DNA of 64,000 nt, taken from an uncultured delta proteobacterium (GTDB lineage Bacteria; Myxococcota_A; Polyangia; Palsa-1104). The notes beneath the pieces are model-generated. The model saw only the letters and a program-made list of their open reading frames with translations, was not told the DNA's origin and did not search any database. Positions 10,365-20,276 of this stretch are shown one piece after another; position 1 is the stretch's first letter; every line of letters begins with the position of its first letter. Location: NCBI GenBank assembly GCA_963785725.1, contig CAWAWS010000002.1, positions 128,001 through 192,000 on the forward strand. The letters run 5' to 3'. Position numbers and translations under genes: made by a program.

Positions 10365-11258
10365 ATGAGCCTCACTCGTCGAGACTTTTTGCAAACGACC
10401 GCGGCCGGCGGTGTCGCGCTCACCGTCGTCGGCGCCGGCGGCTGCGGCAACCCCGTCAACTCCGCGCCCGTCGCCGACGTCGATGTCGACGACGATCCGA
10501 CGTCGCTCAACTACGGCACCGTGCAGCTGACGGTCGCGCGCTATCCGCAGCTGGCGGTCGTCGGCGGCGCGCTCACGCTGCAGCTGCAGAAGCTCGATCT
10601 CACCGATCAAAATCGCACCTACGCGCTGCCGCCCGACGAAACGATCCTCATCGTGCAGTATTCGAGCGGGCTGTTCGCGGCGATGCAGTCGAGCTGCCCA
10701 CACGCCGGCTGCGCGCTCGGCTACTCGGCGAAAGATCAGCTCATCGAGTGCCCTTGCCATTCGTCGCGCTTTCGCGTCATCACCGATCCCAACGACTCGG
10801 CCGATTGCGCGGGCGGCGTCGTGCATCCGCCGGCGCGCGCCGGCCTCACCGTCTACACCGTCACCTTCGACGGCGCCGTCGCCACGATCGATCTGAAGGC
10901 GCCGATCGCCTGCAACGACGCCTTCCCCGCCGCCGTCGACAACGTCGTCACCTTGCCGTTCGCGACGTTCCCGAACCTCGGCATGACGGGCGGCTCGGCC
11001 ATCGGTCAGCCCAGCGGCTTCGGCGACACGATCGCCGTCGTGCGCATCAGCGCCACCGACGCCAGCGCCTGCTCCGCCATCTGCACGCATCGCGGCTGCA
11101 CCGTCGGCTACGACGACAAGAAGGGCGACCTCTTGTGCCCGTGCCACGGCTCGGTGTTCGGCACCGACGGCCACGTCATCACCGGCCCGGCGACGCTGCC
11201 GCTGCAGAAGTACACGGCCGCCGTCACGGCGACCGGCATCACCATCACCCTCGCGTAA
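10365..11258 (+). CDS. Tat-exported tandem (two-domain) Rieske [2Fe-2S] lipoprotein
   Basis: TRRDFL twin-Arg, AGGC lipobox; CPHAGC/CPCHSS and CTHRGC/CPCHGS motif pairs. Confidence 0.88.
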   Translation: MSLTRRDFLQTTAAGGVALTVVGAGGCGNPVNSAPVADVDVDDDPTSLNYGTVQLTVARYPQLAVVGGALTLQLQKLDLTDQNRTYALPPDETILIVQYSSGLFAAMQSSCPHAGCALGYSAKDQLIECPCHSSRFRVITDPNDSADCAGGVVHPPARAGLTVYTVTFDGAVATIDLKAPIACNDAFPAAVDNVVTLPFATFPNLGMTGGSAIGQPSGFGDTIAVVRISATDASACSAICTHRGCTVGYDDKKGDLLCPCHGSVFGTDGHVITGPATLPLQKYTAAVTATGITITLA

Positions 11259-11265
11259 ATAATCG

Positions 11266-11487
11266 TCAGTTGTTGGGAAACAGCGGGTCGTCGATCGCCG
11301 CATCGGCATGATCGACCGGCGGCAGCTCGCGCGTCTTGCCGCGACCGAGCGCCGCTCTCCAGCGCACCGGATCGCGACCGCGCAGGCGCAGCTTGACGTC
11401 GACGGCGGCGCCCTCCTCGAGCCCCAGCTTCACCGCGAGCTTCACGCGCGCCAGCTTGCCCAGGCTGAAGTCGACCTTGAGCTTCAC
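11266..11487 (-). CDS. Small hypothetical protein (73 aa)
   Basis: GTG overlaps the upstream TGA (GTGA); fills an otherwise empty gap. Confidence 0.5.
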   Translation of the reverse strand: MKLKVDFSLGKLARVKLAVKLGLEEGAAVDVKLRLRGRDPVRWRAALGRGKTRELPPVDHADAAIDDPLFPNN

Positions 11488-13031
11488 GCGCGCACGTCCG
11501 CGAGCACGCGGTTGGCGGCGTTGTGGCCGGCGGCGCCGATGACGCTGCCCGCCGGATGACAGCCGGCCGAGCACGAGTACAACCCCTCGATCGGCGTCGC
11601 ATACGGCAGTCGATCGGCGAAGCCGAAGCCGTTGTCGACGTGGTGAATGTGCCCGCGCGTAATCCCGAAGTGCGACTCGATCTTCTGCGGATGCAGCGCG
11701 AACGTATCGACCACGAGATCGCTCGTCCCCGGCGCGAACCGATCGCAGATCGAGAGCAGCTGCTTGACGTATTTCGCCTCTTCCGCCTCCCACGACGAGC
11801 CTTTGATCTCGTACGGCACCCACTGCACGAACAGCGCCGAGTTGTGATTGCCCGCGTCGTCTTTGAGCGAGGGATCGACCGTCGTGTGGATGTACCACTC
11901 GATCGTCGGGAACGGATCGAGCTCGCCGCGCTGCACCATCGCGAAGCCCTCTTTGATGTGCCGCATGACGTCCTTCTCGTCGGGCAAGAGGTGAATCGTC
12001 GGGCCGAACTGACCGCGATCTTCGGGCAAGCACGTAAACCGCGGCAGGCCGCGCAGCGCCAAGTTGACCTTGAACGTCGAGCCCGGCCGCGCGTAACTGT
12101 CGAGCCGCGCGTTGTACTCCGCCGGCAGCTGCGCTTGCCCGACGAGCTGGCGCATGCGGAACGGATCGGCGTTGCACACGACGACGTCGGCCGCGATCTC
12201 CTCGCCCGTCGCCAGCACGACGCCGGTGACGCGGCCGCCGTCGATGCGCAGCCGCTCGACGCGGCGGTTGCACTCGATCGTCGCGCCGTGTTTCTGCGCG
12301 GCCTCGGCGAACAGGCGCGTGACGGTGCCCATCCCGCCTTTGACGATCATCCACGTGCCGTCGCTGCCGGGCAGTCGACACATGTTGTGGATGAGGAAGT
12401 TCATGCCCGTGCCGGGCGTATCCCACGAGCCGTACAAGCCGCTGAACCCGTCGGTGACGGCGTACATCGCGCGCACGAGATCGCTCTTGAACCCGAAGCG
12501 GTCGATGTAGTCGCCGACCGGTTTACGACAGAGGTCGACGAAGATCTGCCGCAGCGGCGCGCGCACGAAGCGCTCGGCCGTCTCCTCGATCGACAGCGGC
12601 TCTTGCAGCCACGTCGGCCCGATGTCGTCGCGCAGCGCGGCCAATTCCGCCGTCATCGCCTGATTCGCGCGCCAATCGGCCTCGCTGAAGAAGTCGATGA
12701 ACTGCCGCTTCATCGCCGCCTGATCGCTGCCGAACAAGAGATAGCGCGTGTCGGTCGTCGGCAAAAAATAGTGCGGATCGCGGCGCATGACCGGAATCTC
12801 GACGCCCGTCGCCTGCATGATCTCCGGCGGCATGAGCCCGAGCAAATAGGCGCCCGTCGAAGTCGCCAGGCCCGGCGCTTTGGCGAACGGCCGCTCGGTG
12901 CGCACGGCGCCGCCGATGACCGGCTGATCCTCGAGCACGCGCACCGACAGCCCGCGCTTGGCCAACATCACCGCCGCGACGAGCCCGTTATGCCCCGCGC
13001 CCACCACCACCGCCGACACTTTCTTGCCCAT
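11484..13031 (-). CDS. Phytoene-desaturase-like FAD-dependent oxidoreductase
   Basis: VVGAGHNGLVAA FAD motif, GGMG, C-terminal GLYSCSAGCHPAGSVIGAAGHNAA. Confidence 0.88.
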   Translation of the reverse strand: MGKKVSAVVVGAGHNGLVAAVMLAKRGLSVRVLEDQPVIGGAVRTERPFAKAPGLATSTGAYLLGLMPPEIMQATGVEIPVMRRDPHYFLPTTDTRYLLFGSDQAAMKRQFIDFFSEADWRANQAMTAELAALRDDIGPTWLQEPLSIEETAERFVRAPLRQIFVDLCRKPVGDYIDRFGFKSDLVRAMYAVTDGFSGLYGSWDTPGTGMNFLIHNMCRLPGSDGTWMIVKGGMGTVTRLFAEAAQKHGATIECNRRVERLRIDGGRVTGVVLATGEEIAADVVVCNADPFRMRQLVGQAQLPAEYNARLDSYARPGSTFKVNLALRGLPRFTCLPEDRGQFGPTIHLLPDEKDVMRHIKEGFAMVQRGELDPFPTIEWYIHTTVDPSLKDDAGNHNSALFVQWVPYEIKGSSWEAEEAKYVKQLLSICDRFAPGTSDLVVDTFALHPQKIESHFGITRGHIHHVDNGFGFADRLPYATPIEGLYSCSAGCHPAGSVIGAAGHNAANRVLADVRA

Positions 13032-13138
13032 GATCGAGGCATATCACGATGCGAGCGCCATCGCATCGATTCGCTACTTCGTTGGAAACAATACGGCAAT
13101 CGAAACGGCGGCGCGCTGCGGATATAGTGGACGTCGGC

Positions 13139-13867
13139 ATGGGTCGACATCGCGGCGCGCATCCCGAAGATCTGCGCCTGTTCGACAAGACGCAGTGGAA
13201 GCGCATGCGTCCGGCGGCCGAGGAGATCGTGTGGCTGCTCGGGCGCGGCTATCCGCTGGCGACGGCCACCGAGGTCGTCGGCAACCACCATCAGCTCGAG
13301 GCGCGCCAGCGCATCGCGCTCGGCCGCGCGCTGTGCTCGCCCGAGCAGCGCAAGAAGCGCTCGACGCGCATCATCGAGCGCACCGACGCGCGCGGCCGCA
13401 CCTTGCTCGTCGACGGCTTCAACCTCATCATCACGCTCGAGGTCGCGCTCTCGGGCGGGCTCATCCTCGACTGCGTCGACGGCACCGTGCGCGACTTGGC
13501 CGGTCTCGGCGGCAGCTATCGCACCGTCGACGAGACCGAAGGCGCGCTCGATCTCATCGGCCGCGAATTGGCCGCGCTCGGCCCGGCGCGCGTGCGCATC
13601 TTCTTGGACGCGCCCGTCTCCAACTCCGGCCGTCTACGCACGCGCATCGACGAGGTCGCCAGCCGCTGGCCGTTCCCCGTCGACTGCGAGACCGTGCCCA
13701 ACCCGGACGCGATCTTGGCGCGCGCCGACAACGTCGTCACGTCCGACTCGGTCGTGCTCGACCGCTGCGGCTCGTGGCTCAACCTGGCCCGCTTCGTCGT
13801 CGACCGCCACCTCGCCGCCGCCTGGCGCTCGGGCGCGATCGTCTCGGCCAACGTCTTCGAGCTCTAG
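13139..13867 (+). CDS. DUF434-like protein (PIN/NYN-like fold)
   Basis: RHRGAHPED, LLGRGYP, VGNHHQL, VDGFNLIITLE, DGTVRDLAG, LDAPVSNSG, TSDS. Confidence 0.75.
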   Translation: MGRHRGAHPEDLRLFDKTQWKRMRPAAEEIVWLLGRGYPLATATEVVGNHHQLEARQRIALGRALCSPEQRKKRSTRIIERTDARGRTLLVDGFNLIITLEVALSGGLILDCVDGTVRDLAGLGGSYRTVDETEGALDLIGRELAALGPARVRIFLDAPVSNSGRLRTRIDEVASRWPFPVDCETVPNPDAILARADNVVTSDSVVLDRCGSWLNLARFVVDRHLAAAWRSGAIVSANVFEL

Positions 13868-14463
13868 AATTTACGCGGTGCGTGAAGCTCGGCGCGCACC
13901 TCTTCGACCGGCCGGCCGCGCCAGAACTTCGAGTAATTGGCGTGCGACGACAACGTCCGCGGATCCATGCGATCGATGCACAAGACGCCGTGCAGGTGAT
14001 CGATCTCGTGCTGCAAGATGCGCGCATGCCAGCCGCGCGCCTCGATGACGACGTCTTCGCCGCGCTCGTTCAGCGCCTCGACGCGCACGCCGACCGCGCG
14101 CGGCACCAGCGCCAGCCAGCCGTCGACCGACAGACAGCCCTCGTGAAACTCGATCGGCGCGCCCGGCAACAGCGTCAACGCCGGGTTGATGATGACGTGG
14201 AACGGCACCACGTCGCGCTTGCGCTCGGCCAGCTCCTCGGCGCTGGCGTTCGCCTGATACTCCGGCGCATCCTCGACGACGGCCAGCTGCAGCCCGAGCC
14301 CGATCTGCGGCGCCGCCAACCCGACGCCGGGCGCCGCGCGCATCGTCTCCTTCATGTCTTCGATGAGCTGCTGAATCTCGGTCGAGCGGATCTCGTCCAG
14401 CGACAGCGGCCGCGACGGCACGCGCAGCACCGGATCGCCCGCCTGCACGATCGGCAAGATCAC
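13864..14463 (-). CDS. def: Peptide deformylase
   Basis: GVGLAAPQIG, EGCLS and QHEIDHLHG motifs; GTG start overlaps the upstream stop. Confidence 0.95.
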   Translation of the reverse strand: MILPIVQAGDPVLRVPSRPLSLDEIRSTEIQQLIEDMKETMRAAPGVGLAAPQIGLGLQLAVVEDAPEYQANASAEELAERKRDVVPFHVIINPALTLLPGAPIEFHEGCLSVDGWLALVPRAVGVRVEALNERGEDVVIEARGWHARILQHEIDHLHGVLCIDRMDPRTLSSHANYSKFWRGRPVEEVRAELHAPRKF

Positions 14464-15215
14464 GACGCGAAACCCTCGGCGCGGCTCTCGTCGACGGCGT
14501 CGAGCGACAGGTCGAGCCCACCCTCCGGCGGCGCGATGCCGATCGACGCCATCGGCGGGAACTGAAGGCCGCACGCTTTGACCGCCGGCTTGATGTCGTC
14601 GATGAAGTCCTGCATGACCGGCCCGGGATCGCGCTTCTTCAGCCCGACCTCGATCGCGTAGCGCGCACCGTCGGTGCCCGGCCGGCCGAACGACAACAGC
14701 CCCTGCCGCAACCACTTGTCGAAGTGCGCCTGCTTGACGGCATCGAACTGCCCCGTCCGCGTCAGCTCGACGACGATGCGCTCGCCCAGCGCCTGATGCC
14801 CTTTTTCCTCTTTGATGATCTTGTGAATCGTCTTTTGGTAGGGCTCGAACGAGCACTCTTCGTACTCTTTGAGCTGCCAAAAGCCGCCGCGATCGTAGAG
14901 AAACTGCGCCATCGCCAGCTCGTACCAAGACTGCGCGAACGCGATCGGCTTGTCCGCCAGCCGCGCCTGCACGACCGGCTCCACCGACTCGCCGGTGAAC
15001 GTCGCGTACATCTTGACGACGTCCTCGTAATGCTCCATCTCCTCGCGGATGTGCCAGCTCATGAACTTGAGCCACTTCAGCTCGGGCACGTACTGCAGCC
15101 CGAAGCCGAACATCTGCGCCGCCGCCAGCTCGCGGTACGCTTGCGACTGCATCATTTGCACGACCACGCCGTAGTAGCGCTCGTCGAGCTCCGCGCGCGT
15201 CTTGTACGTCTTCAT
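14460..15215 (-). CDS. PaaA/PaaC-like ferritin-fold di-iron protein
   Basis: E...EEMEH...D...EEKGH ligand pattern; W...LLSFGRP like PaaA. Confidence 0.7.
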   Translation of the reverse strand: MKTYKTRAELDERYYGVVVQMMQSQAYRELAAAQMFGFGLQYVPELKWLKFMSWHIREEMEHYEDVVKMYATFTGESVEPVVQARLADKPIAFAQSWYELAMAQFLYDRGGFWQLKEYEECSFEPYQKTIHKIIKEEKGHQALGERIVVELTRTGQFDAVKQAHFDKWLRQGLLSFGRPGTDGARYAIEVGLKKRDPGPVMQDFIDDIKPAVKACGLQFPPMASIGIAPPEGGLDLSLDAVDESRAEGFAS

Positions 15216-15365
15216 CGAGCGATCGATACCACAACCGCGCCCCGTCGCCGACTGCGAACCGCGCTACGGGCCGCCCTTGACTCGTCGGCCGCCGTTCCTA
15301 CTTCAGTCGTAGCGAATTCTGTCGGGAATTCTTCAGCTTCGATGTAGTCGAGGGGGAGGGCTCAG

Positions 15366-17423
15366 TTGAGCGAAGCAAGCGGCGCCGGCGACGATACGGG
15401 ACGAGCCGGCGAAGACGGGCCGCCGGCGGCCATCCTCGTCGTCGACGACTACGCGGCCAACCTCTTGGCCGTCGAGGCGGTGCTGGCGCCGCTCGGCCAC
15501 CGCATCGTGCGCGCGACGTCGGGCGAAGACGCGCTCCGAGCCGTCCTGCGCCAGGACTTCGCGCTCATCATCCTCGACGTGCAGATGCCGGGCATGGACG
15601 GCTTTCAGACGGCGTCGCTCATCAAGACCCGCGAACGCTCGCGCCACATCCCCATCATCTTTTTGACGGCGATCAACAAAGACGCGGCCCAGGTCTTCGC
15701 CGGCTACCAGCATGGCGCCGTCGACTACCTCTTGAAGCCGTTCGATCCGACGATCTTGCGGCGCAAAGCGCAGGTGCTCGTCGAGCTCTGGCAGCGCAGC
15801 GAACGCCTACGGCTGCGCGAAGTTGCGCTGGCGCAGCAAGAGCGCGCCCGGCTGACCGAGGAGTCCGAGGCGCGCTATCACCGGCTCATCGAGTCGATGC
15901 CGCAGTGCGTGCTGGCGATGCGTCGCGACGGCGAGCTCTACTATTGCAACCAGGTCTGGACGCGCTTCAGCGGCCTGTCGGCGCGCGCCACCGGTGCGCA
16001 TTTTTGGGACATCGTGCACGCCGACGATCGCGAGCCGCTGCGCGCGGCCTGGCACGAGGCGCTGGCGCACGAGCGGCCGCTCTTGACCGAGGCGCGCCTC
16101 GTGCGCGCGGCCGACGGCGTGCCGCGCTGGCATCAGCTGCAGCTGGTGCCGCAGCGCGAGCGCGACACAGTGCGCGGCTGGATCGTCACCGGCAGCGACA
16201 TCGACGACGAGCGGCAGGCGCGCAGCGCCATCGAGCAGGCCAGCCGCGCCAAGGACGAGTTCTTGGCCACGCTGTCGCACGAGCTGCGCAATCCGCTCAA
16301 CGCGATCTTGGGCTGGTCGCGCATGCTGCGCGCCGGCAAGCTCGACGAGGCGCAGGCGTTGCGCGCGACCGAGACCATCGAGCGCAACGCCGAGATGCAA
16401 GCGGCGCTCATCGAGGACATGCTCGACGTGTCGCGGATCATCACCGGCAAGCTGCTGCTCGACGTGCGCCCGGTCGATCTGAAGGCGGTGCTGCACGCGG
16501 CGTTCGAGACGGTGCGCATGGCGGCCGAGGCGCGCCAGCTCGACGTCCAGCTCAGCGTCGACGCCGACGTGCCGCGCGCGACCGGCGACGCGGCGCGGCT
16601 GCAGCAGGTGGTGTGGAATCTCTTGTCGAACGCCATCAAGTTCACGCCGCGCGGCGGGCGCGTCACGGCGCACCTGCGGCGCCAAGGCGCGCACGTCGAG
16701 CTGGCCGTGGCCGACAGCGGGCAAGGCATCGCCGCCGACTTCTTGCCGCACGTCTTCGAGCGCTTTCGGCAGGCCGATTCATCGTCGACGCGCGGTCATG
16801 GCGGCCTCGGTCTCGGCTTGGCGATCGTGCGCCATCTGGTCGAGCTGCATGGCGGATCAGTGGCGGTCGCGTCGGCCGGCGAAGGCCAGGGCGCGACCTT
16901 CACCGTGCGGCTGCCGCTGCGCGCGCCGGCGCCGGCCGCGCTCGACCCCGACGCCGCCAGTAGTGCCGACGAGCTTCACGCCGATGCGCGGCGGCCCGAC
17001 GTGCGCGACCGGCGCGAATTGGCGGGTGTGCGCGTGCTCATCGTCGACGACGAGCCGGACGCGCGCGAGCTGCTCGCCGCCGTCCTCGAGCTGCACGGCG
17101 CCGACGTCAGCCTTGCCGCGACCGCCGACGAGGCGCTCGACCTCGTCGCCGCCGCGCGACCGGACGTCATCGTCAGCGACATCGGCATGCCCGGGACCGA
17201 CGGCTACGAGCTCATCCGCCGCGTGCGCGCGCTCGACGGCGCGCACGGCGGCGCGACGCCGGCGGCGGCGCTGACCGGCTTCGCCCGACCCGAAGACGGC
17301 CGGCGCGCCACCGCCAGCGGCTTCGACGCGCACCTCGCCAAGCCCGTCGACGCCGGCGAGCTCGTCGCCACCGTGCACGAGCTCGCGCGCCGCGACCCGA
17401 CGCTGCGCTACGCCGCGTCCTAA
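15366..17423 (+). CDS. Hybrid sensor histidine kinase (REC-PAS-HisKA-HATPase-REC)
   Basis: LDVQMP, PAS VHADD, LSHELRNPL, NLLSNAIKF, DSGQG, GLGLGL, C-terminal SDIGMP. Confidence 0.93.
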   Translation: MSEASGAGDDTGRAGEDGPPAAILVVDDYAANLLAVEAVLAPLGHRIVRATSGEDALRAVLRQDFALIILDVQMPGMDGFQTASLIKTRERSRHIPIIFLTAINKDAAQVFAGYQHGAVDYLLKPFDPTILRRKAQVLVELWQRSERLRLREVALAQQERARLTEESEARYHRLIESMPQCVLAMRRDGELYYCNQVWTRFSGLSARATGAHFWDIVHADDREPLRAAWHEALAHERPLLTEARLVRAADGVPRWHQLQLVPQRERDTVRGWIVTGSDIDDERQARSAIEQASRAKDEFLATLSHELRNPLNAILGWSRMLRAGKLDEAQALRATETIERNAEMQAALIEDMLDVSRIITGKLLLDVRPVDLKAVLHAAFETVRMAAEARQLDVQLSVDADVPRATGDAARLQQVVWNLLSNAIKFTPRGGRVTAHLRRQGAHVELAVADSGQGIAADFLPHVFERFRQADSSSTRGHGGLGLGLAIVRHLVELHGGSVAVASAGEGQGATFTVRLPLRAPAPAALDPDAASSADELHADARRPDVRDRRELAGVRVLIVDDEPDARELLAAVLELHGADVSLAATADEALDLVAAARPDVIVSDIGMPGTDGYELIRRVRALDGAHGGATPAAALTGFARPEDGRRATASGFDAHLAKPVDAGELVATVHELARRDPTLRYAAS

Positions 17424-17504
17424 TCGCGACGACGCGCGCTTGCCGACGCGGCGTCGCGATCGCCCGGCCATCGTTCGTCGACGGCCGCGTCACCCGCAGC
17501 GGCG

Positions 17505-17663
17505 CTAGCTGCGGCGGCGCTCGTCTTCGTCGGGCTCGCCGGCCTCGATCTCCACCGGCGGCGGCACGATCTCGCCCAGCTCCTCGGTCGTGCCTTTGAT
17601 GCGGACGTGCTCGCTGCCGCGCCGCACCGTCATGCGTTCGTTGTCTTCGTCTTGGTTGGCCAT
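17505..17663 (-). CDS. Small charged hypothetical protein (52 aa; absent from the ORF track)
   Basis: ATG 17663 to TAG 17505: MANQDEDNERMTVRRGSEHVRIKGTTEELGEIVPPPVEIEAGEPDEDERRRS; GC-rich third positions; TACTTT box 8 nt upstream. Confidence 0.6.
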   Translation of the reverse strand: MANQDEDNERMTVRRGSEHVRIKGTTEELGEIVPPPVEIEAGEPDEDERRRS

Positions 17664-17681
17664 GCGACGCAAAAGTAGGCG

Positions 17682-19445
17682 TCAGTGGCGAGCGAGCAAG
17701 CCGTCGATCACCTGCTGAGCGATGGGGTGATAGCTGTCGCGATGACGGGCCAACAGCGTGACCGCCAACGGCCGCGTCGCCGCCGTCGCCGCCAACGCGC
17801 CGTACAGCGGCCGCAGATACTTCATGCGGCCGACGCGACCGAGCAGCTCGCCGACGCGCGGCAAGACGCTCGTCACCCCCGACGCCAGCGCCACCAGCAG
17901 CCACGCCACGAGGACCTCGTCGTTACGGCTCGCCGTCAGCGCGTACAGCCGATCGAGCTCGTCGAGCAGCGCCGTCGGCGTCGGTCGCGGCAGCGCCTCC
18001 AAGTAGAGCGTCCACTCGGTCGGGCCCCACGTCGCGACCAGCTCCGCCGGCGGCAACGTCGCGCCCAGGGCCTCGATCGTCGCCAGCGTGCGCGAATGCG
18101 GCCGCGGCGCCGACGGCGGCAGCCCGACGCCCTCGAGCCACGCCGCGCCGTCGACGCTCGCGAGCGCGCCCGGCAGCTCGCGCTCGCACAGCCGGCGAAA
18201 GTCGGCATCGTCGACGGCGCCGAAGCGCAGCTCGGTCACCCACGCGCGTAAGAAGCGGTCGAACGCCGGCCGTCCCACCGCCTCCTCGAGCGCGCGCAAG
18301 AACAGGTAGCCCTTCTCGTAGGGAATCTGCGAGAAGCTCTCGTCGGGATCGATGCCGGCAAGCTGCGTGCGCAGCTTGCGTCAGCTCGGGCCGGTCGCGG
18401 AACCGATCGAGCGCGTTCTTCGAGCGTCGCGCCGGCCGAGCGCCGCCTGCAGCGCGCACGCGTCCGCGCCCCACAGCGCCTCGACGATGCGCCGCTCGGC
18501 GAAGACGGTGAAGCCCTCGTTGAGCCAGAAGTGCTCGGCCTAGGCGTTCGTCACGAGGTTGCCGGTCCACGAGTGCGCCAGCTCGTGCGCGACGACGCTG
18601 ACGAGCGAGCGATCGCCCGCGAGCAGCGTCGGCGTCAGGAACGTCAGCCGCGGATTCTCCATGCCGCCGTAAGGAAACGAAGGCGGCATCGTCAGGATGT
18701 CGAAGCGCTCCCAGTCGTAAGGGCCGAACAGCGACTCGGCCGTCGTCAGCATGGCGTCGACGCCGGCGAACTCCCACGCCGCGGCGTCGAGCGTGGCCGG
18801 CTCGGCCCACACGCGCGAGCGCGGCCCGACCTCGCGCGACGCGAGCTCCCCGACGGCAAACGCGAGCAGATACGGCGGAATCGGCTGCGGCATCGTCCAG
18901 CGCTCGACCGCGCGCCCGGTCGCGGCCTGCGCGTCGCGGCCGTCGTGACGCGCCGCCATGAGCGCGCGCAGCGGCGCGGGCACGTCGAGCGTCGCCGTGT
19001 ACGTGATGCGCGAGCGCGGCGTGTCGTGCACCGGCACGATCGAGCGCGCGTGGATCGCCTGGCACTGCGAGAACAGAAACGGCTGCGCGCCGCCCGCCGT
19101 CTGCGCCGGCGTCAGCCACTGCAGCGCCGACGCCGACGGCGCCGTGCGATAGCGAATCGTCACCGAATCCGCGCCCTTCGGCAGCTGCACGCGCAAACGC
19201 GAGCCCACGATCGGCTCCGCCTCGGCCAGCGTCCACGGAAGCGGCTGACCGCCCGACTCCACCGCGTCGATCCTCAGCTCGCGCGTGTCGAGATCGAGCG
19301 GGCCCGCTTGGACCGTCGGCGCGCCGAGCTGCAGCGTCGCCGTGCAGTCGAGCGTGCGCGTGGCGAAGTCGACGCGTGCAGCCCAGTCGAGCGCCGTCAC
19401 CTGCGGCTGCGTGTCGTCGGCGTACGAATGCGGGTCGCGCCTCAT
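17682..19445 (-). CDS. M1 family aminopeptidase (LTA4H-like), interrupted by an in-frame TAG at 18540-18542 and indels at about 18378-18430
   Basis: FSQCQAIHARS, PYGGMENP, HELAHSWTG...WLNEG, PYEKG, VGRMKYLRPLY. Confidence 0.88.
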
Positions 19446-19590
19446 GCGCTCACTTTCGCATCGCCGCCGCCGCGACGCCAATGTCCCGGACGCGCCGCGG
19501 CCCACGCGATCGAAAGATCACGAAGGCAGCGGCGCTTGTTGTCCTATTCGGTGCTACGAAGCGCTACGAAAACGCGGAAAAACGCGAAGC

Positions 19591-20232
19591 TCAGTCGGCC
19601 GCGCCGACGAGGCCGAGATCGAGCTTCTTGGCGTTGGCGAAGCGCGCCGCGACATCGTCCCAGTTGAAGACGTTCCAGATCGCGTCGAAGAACTTCGCCT
19701 TCTCATTCACGTACTGCAGATAGAACGCGTGCTCCCAGGCGTCGATGACGAGCAGCGGCACCGAGCCCTGCGCCGTCTCCGACTGGTGGTCGTGGATCTG
19801 CGTCGTGATGAGCCGCTTCGAGATCGGATCCCAGGCCAGCGCCGCCCAGCCCGAGCCCATGATCGTCATCGCCGACTGCGTCAGCTGCGCCTTGAACCCG
19901 TCGAACGAGTTGAAGTGCTGATCGATCGCCGTGCCCAGCTCGCCCGCCGGCTTGCCGCCCTTTTGCGGCGCCAGGTTCTGCCAGAACAAGGAGTGCAGCA
20001 CGTGCCCCGACAGATGGAAACCGAGCTGCTTCTCGAGCAGCGCGATCTTGGCGAAGTCGTTCTTGGACCGCGCCTCTTCCAGCCCCTCGAGCGCCTTGTT
20101 GGCGCCCGTGACGTAGGCGGCATGGTGCTTGTCGTGGTGGAGCTGCATGATCTTGGCGCTGATATGCGGCTCCAGCGCGCCGTAGTCGTACTTCAGCTCG
20201 GGGAGAGTGTATTTGGACATGGCCGCCATCAT
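19591..20232 (-). CDS. sodA: Fe/Mn superoxide dismutase
   Basis: [42 protein letters not shown] upstream. Confidence 0.95.
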   Translation of the reverse strand: MMAAMSKYTLPELKYDYGALEPHISAKIMQLHHDKHHAAYVTGANKALEGLEEARSKNDFAKIALLEKQLGFHLSGHVLHSLFWQNLAPQKGGKPAGELGTAIDQHFNSFDGFKAQLTQSAMTIMGSGWAALAWDPISKRLITTQIHDHQSETAQGSVPLLVIDAWEHAFYLQYVNEKAKFFDAIWNVFNWDDVAARFANAKKLDLGLVGAAD

Positions 20233-20276
20233 AAACTCCTCGGCGGCGCTGGCAAGGCCTCACGGCGTCCGAGGGC

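Noticed and set aside
11484..13031. Carotenoid biosynthesis locus
   Set aside because: No crtB/crtE neighbours; the sequence fits the broader phytoene-desaturase-like family
18540..18542. In-frame TAG in the M1 peptidase as pyrrolysine or readthrough
   Set aside because: It is one substitution from TCG (Ser) and sits beside three more indels within 170 bp; no pyl genes in the window; most likely a low-quality sequence patch
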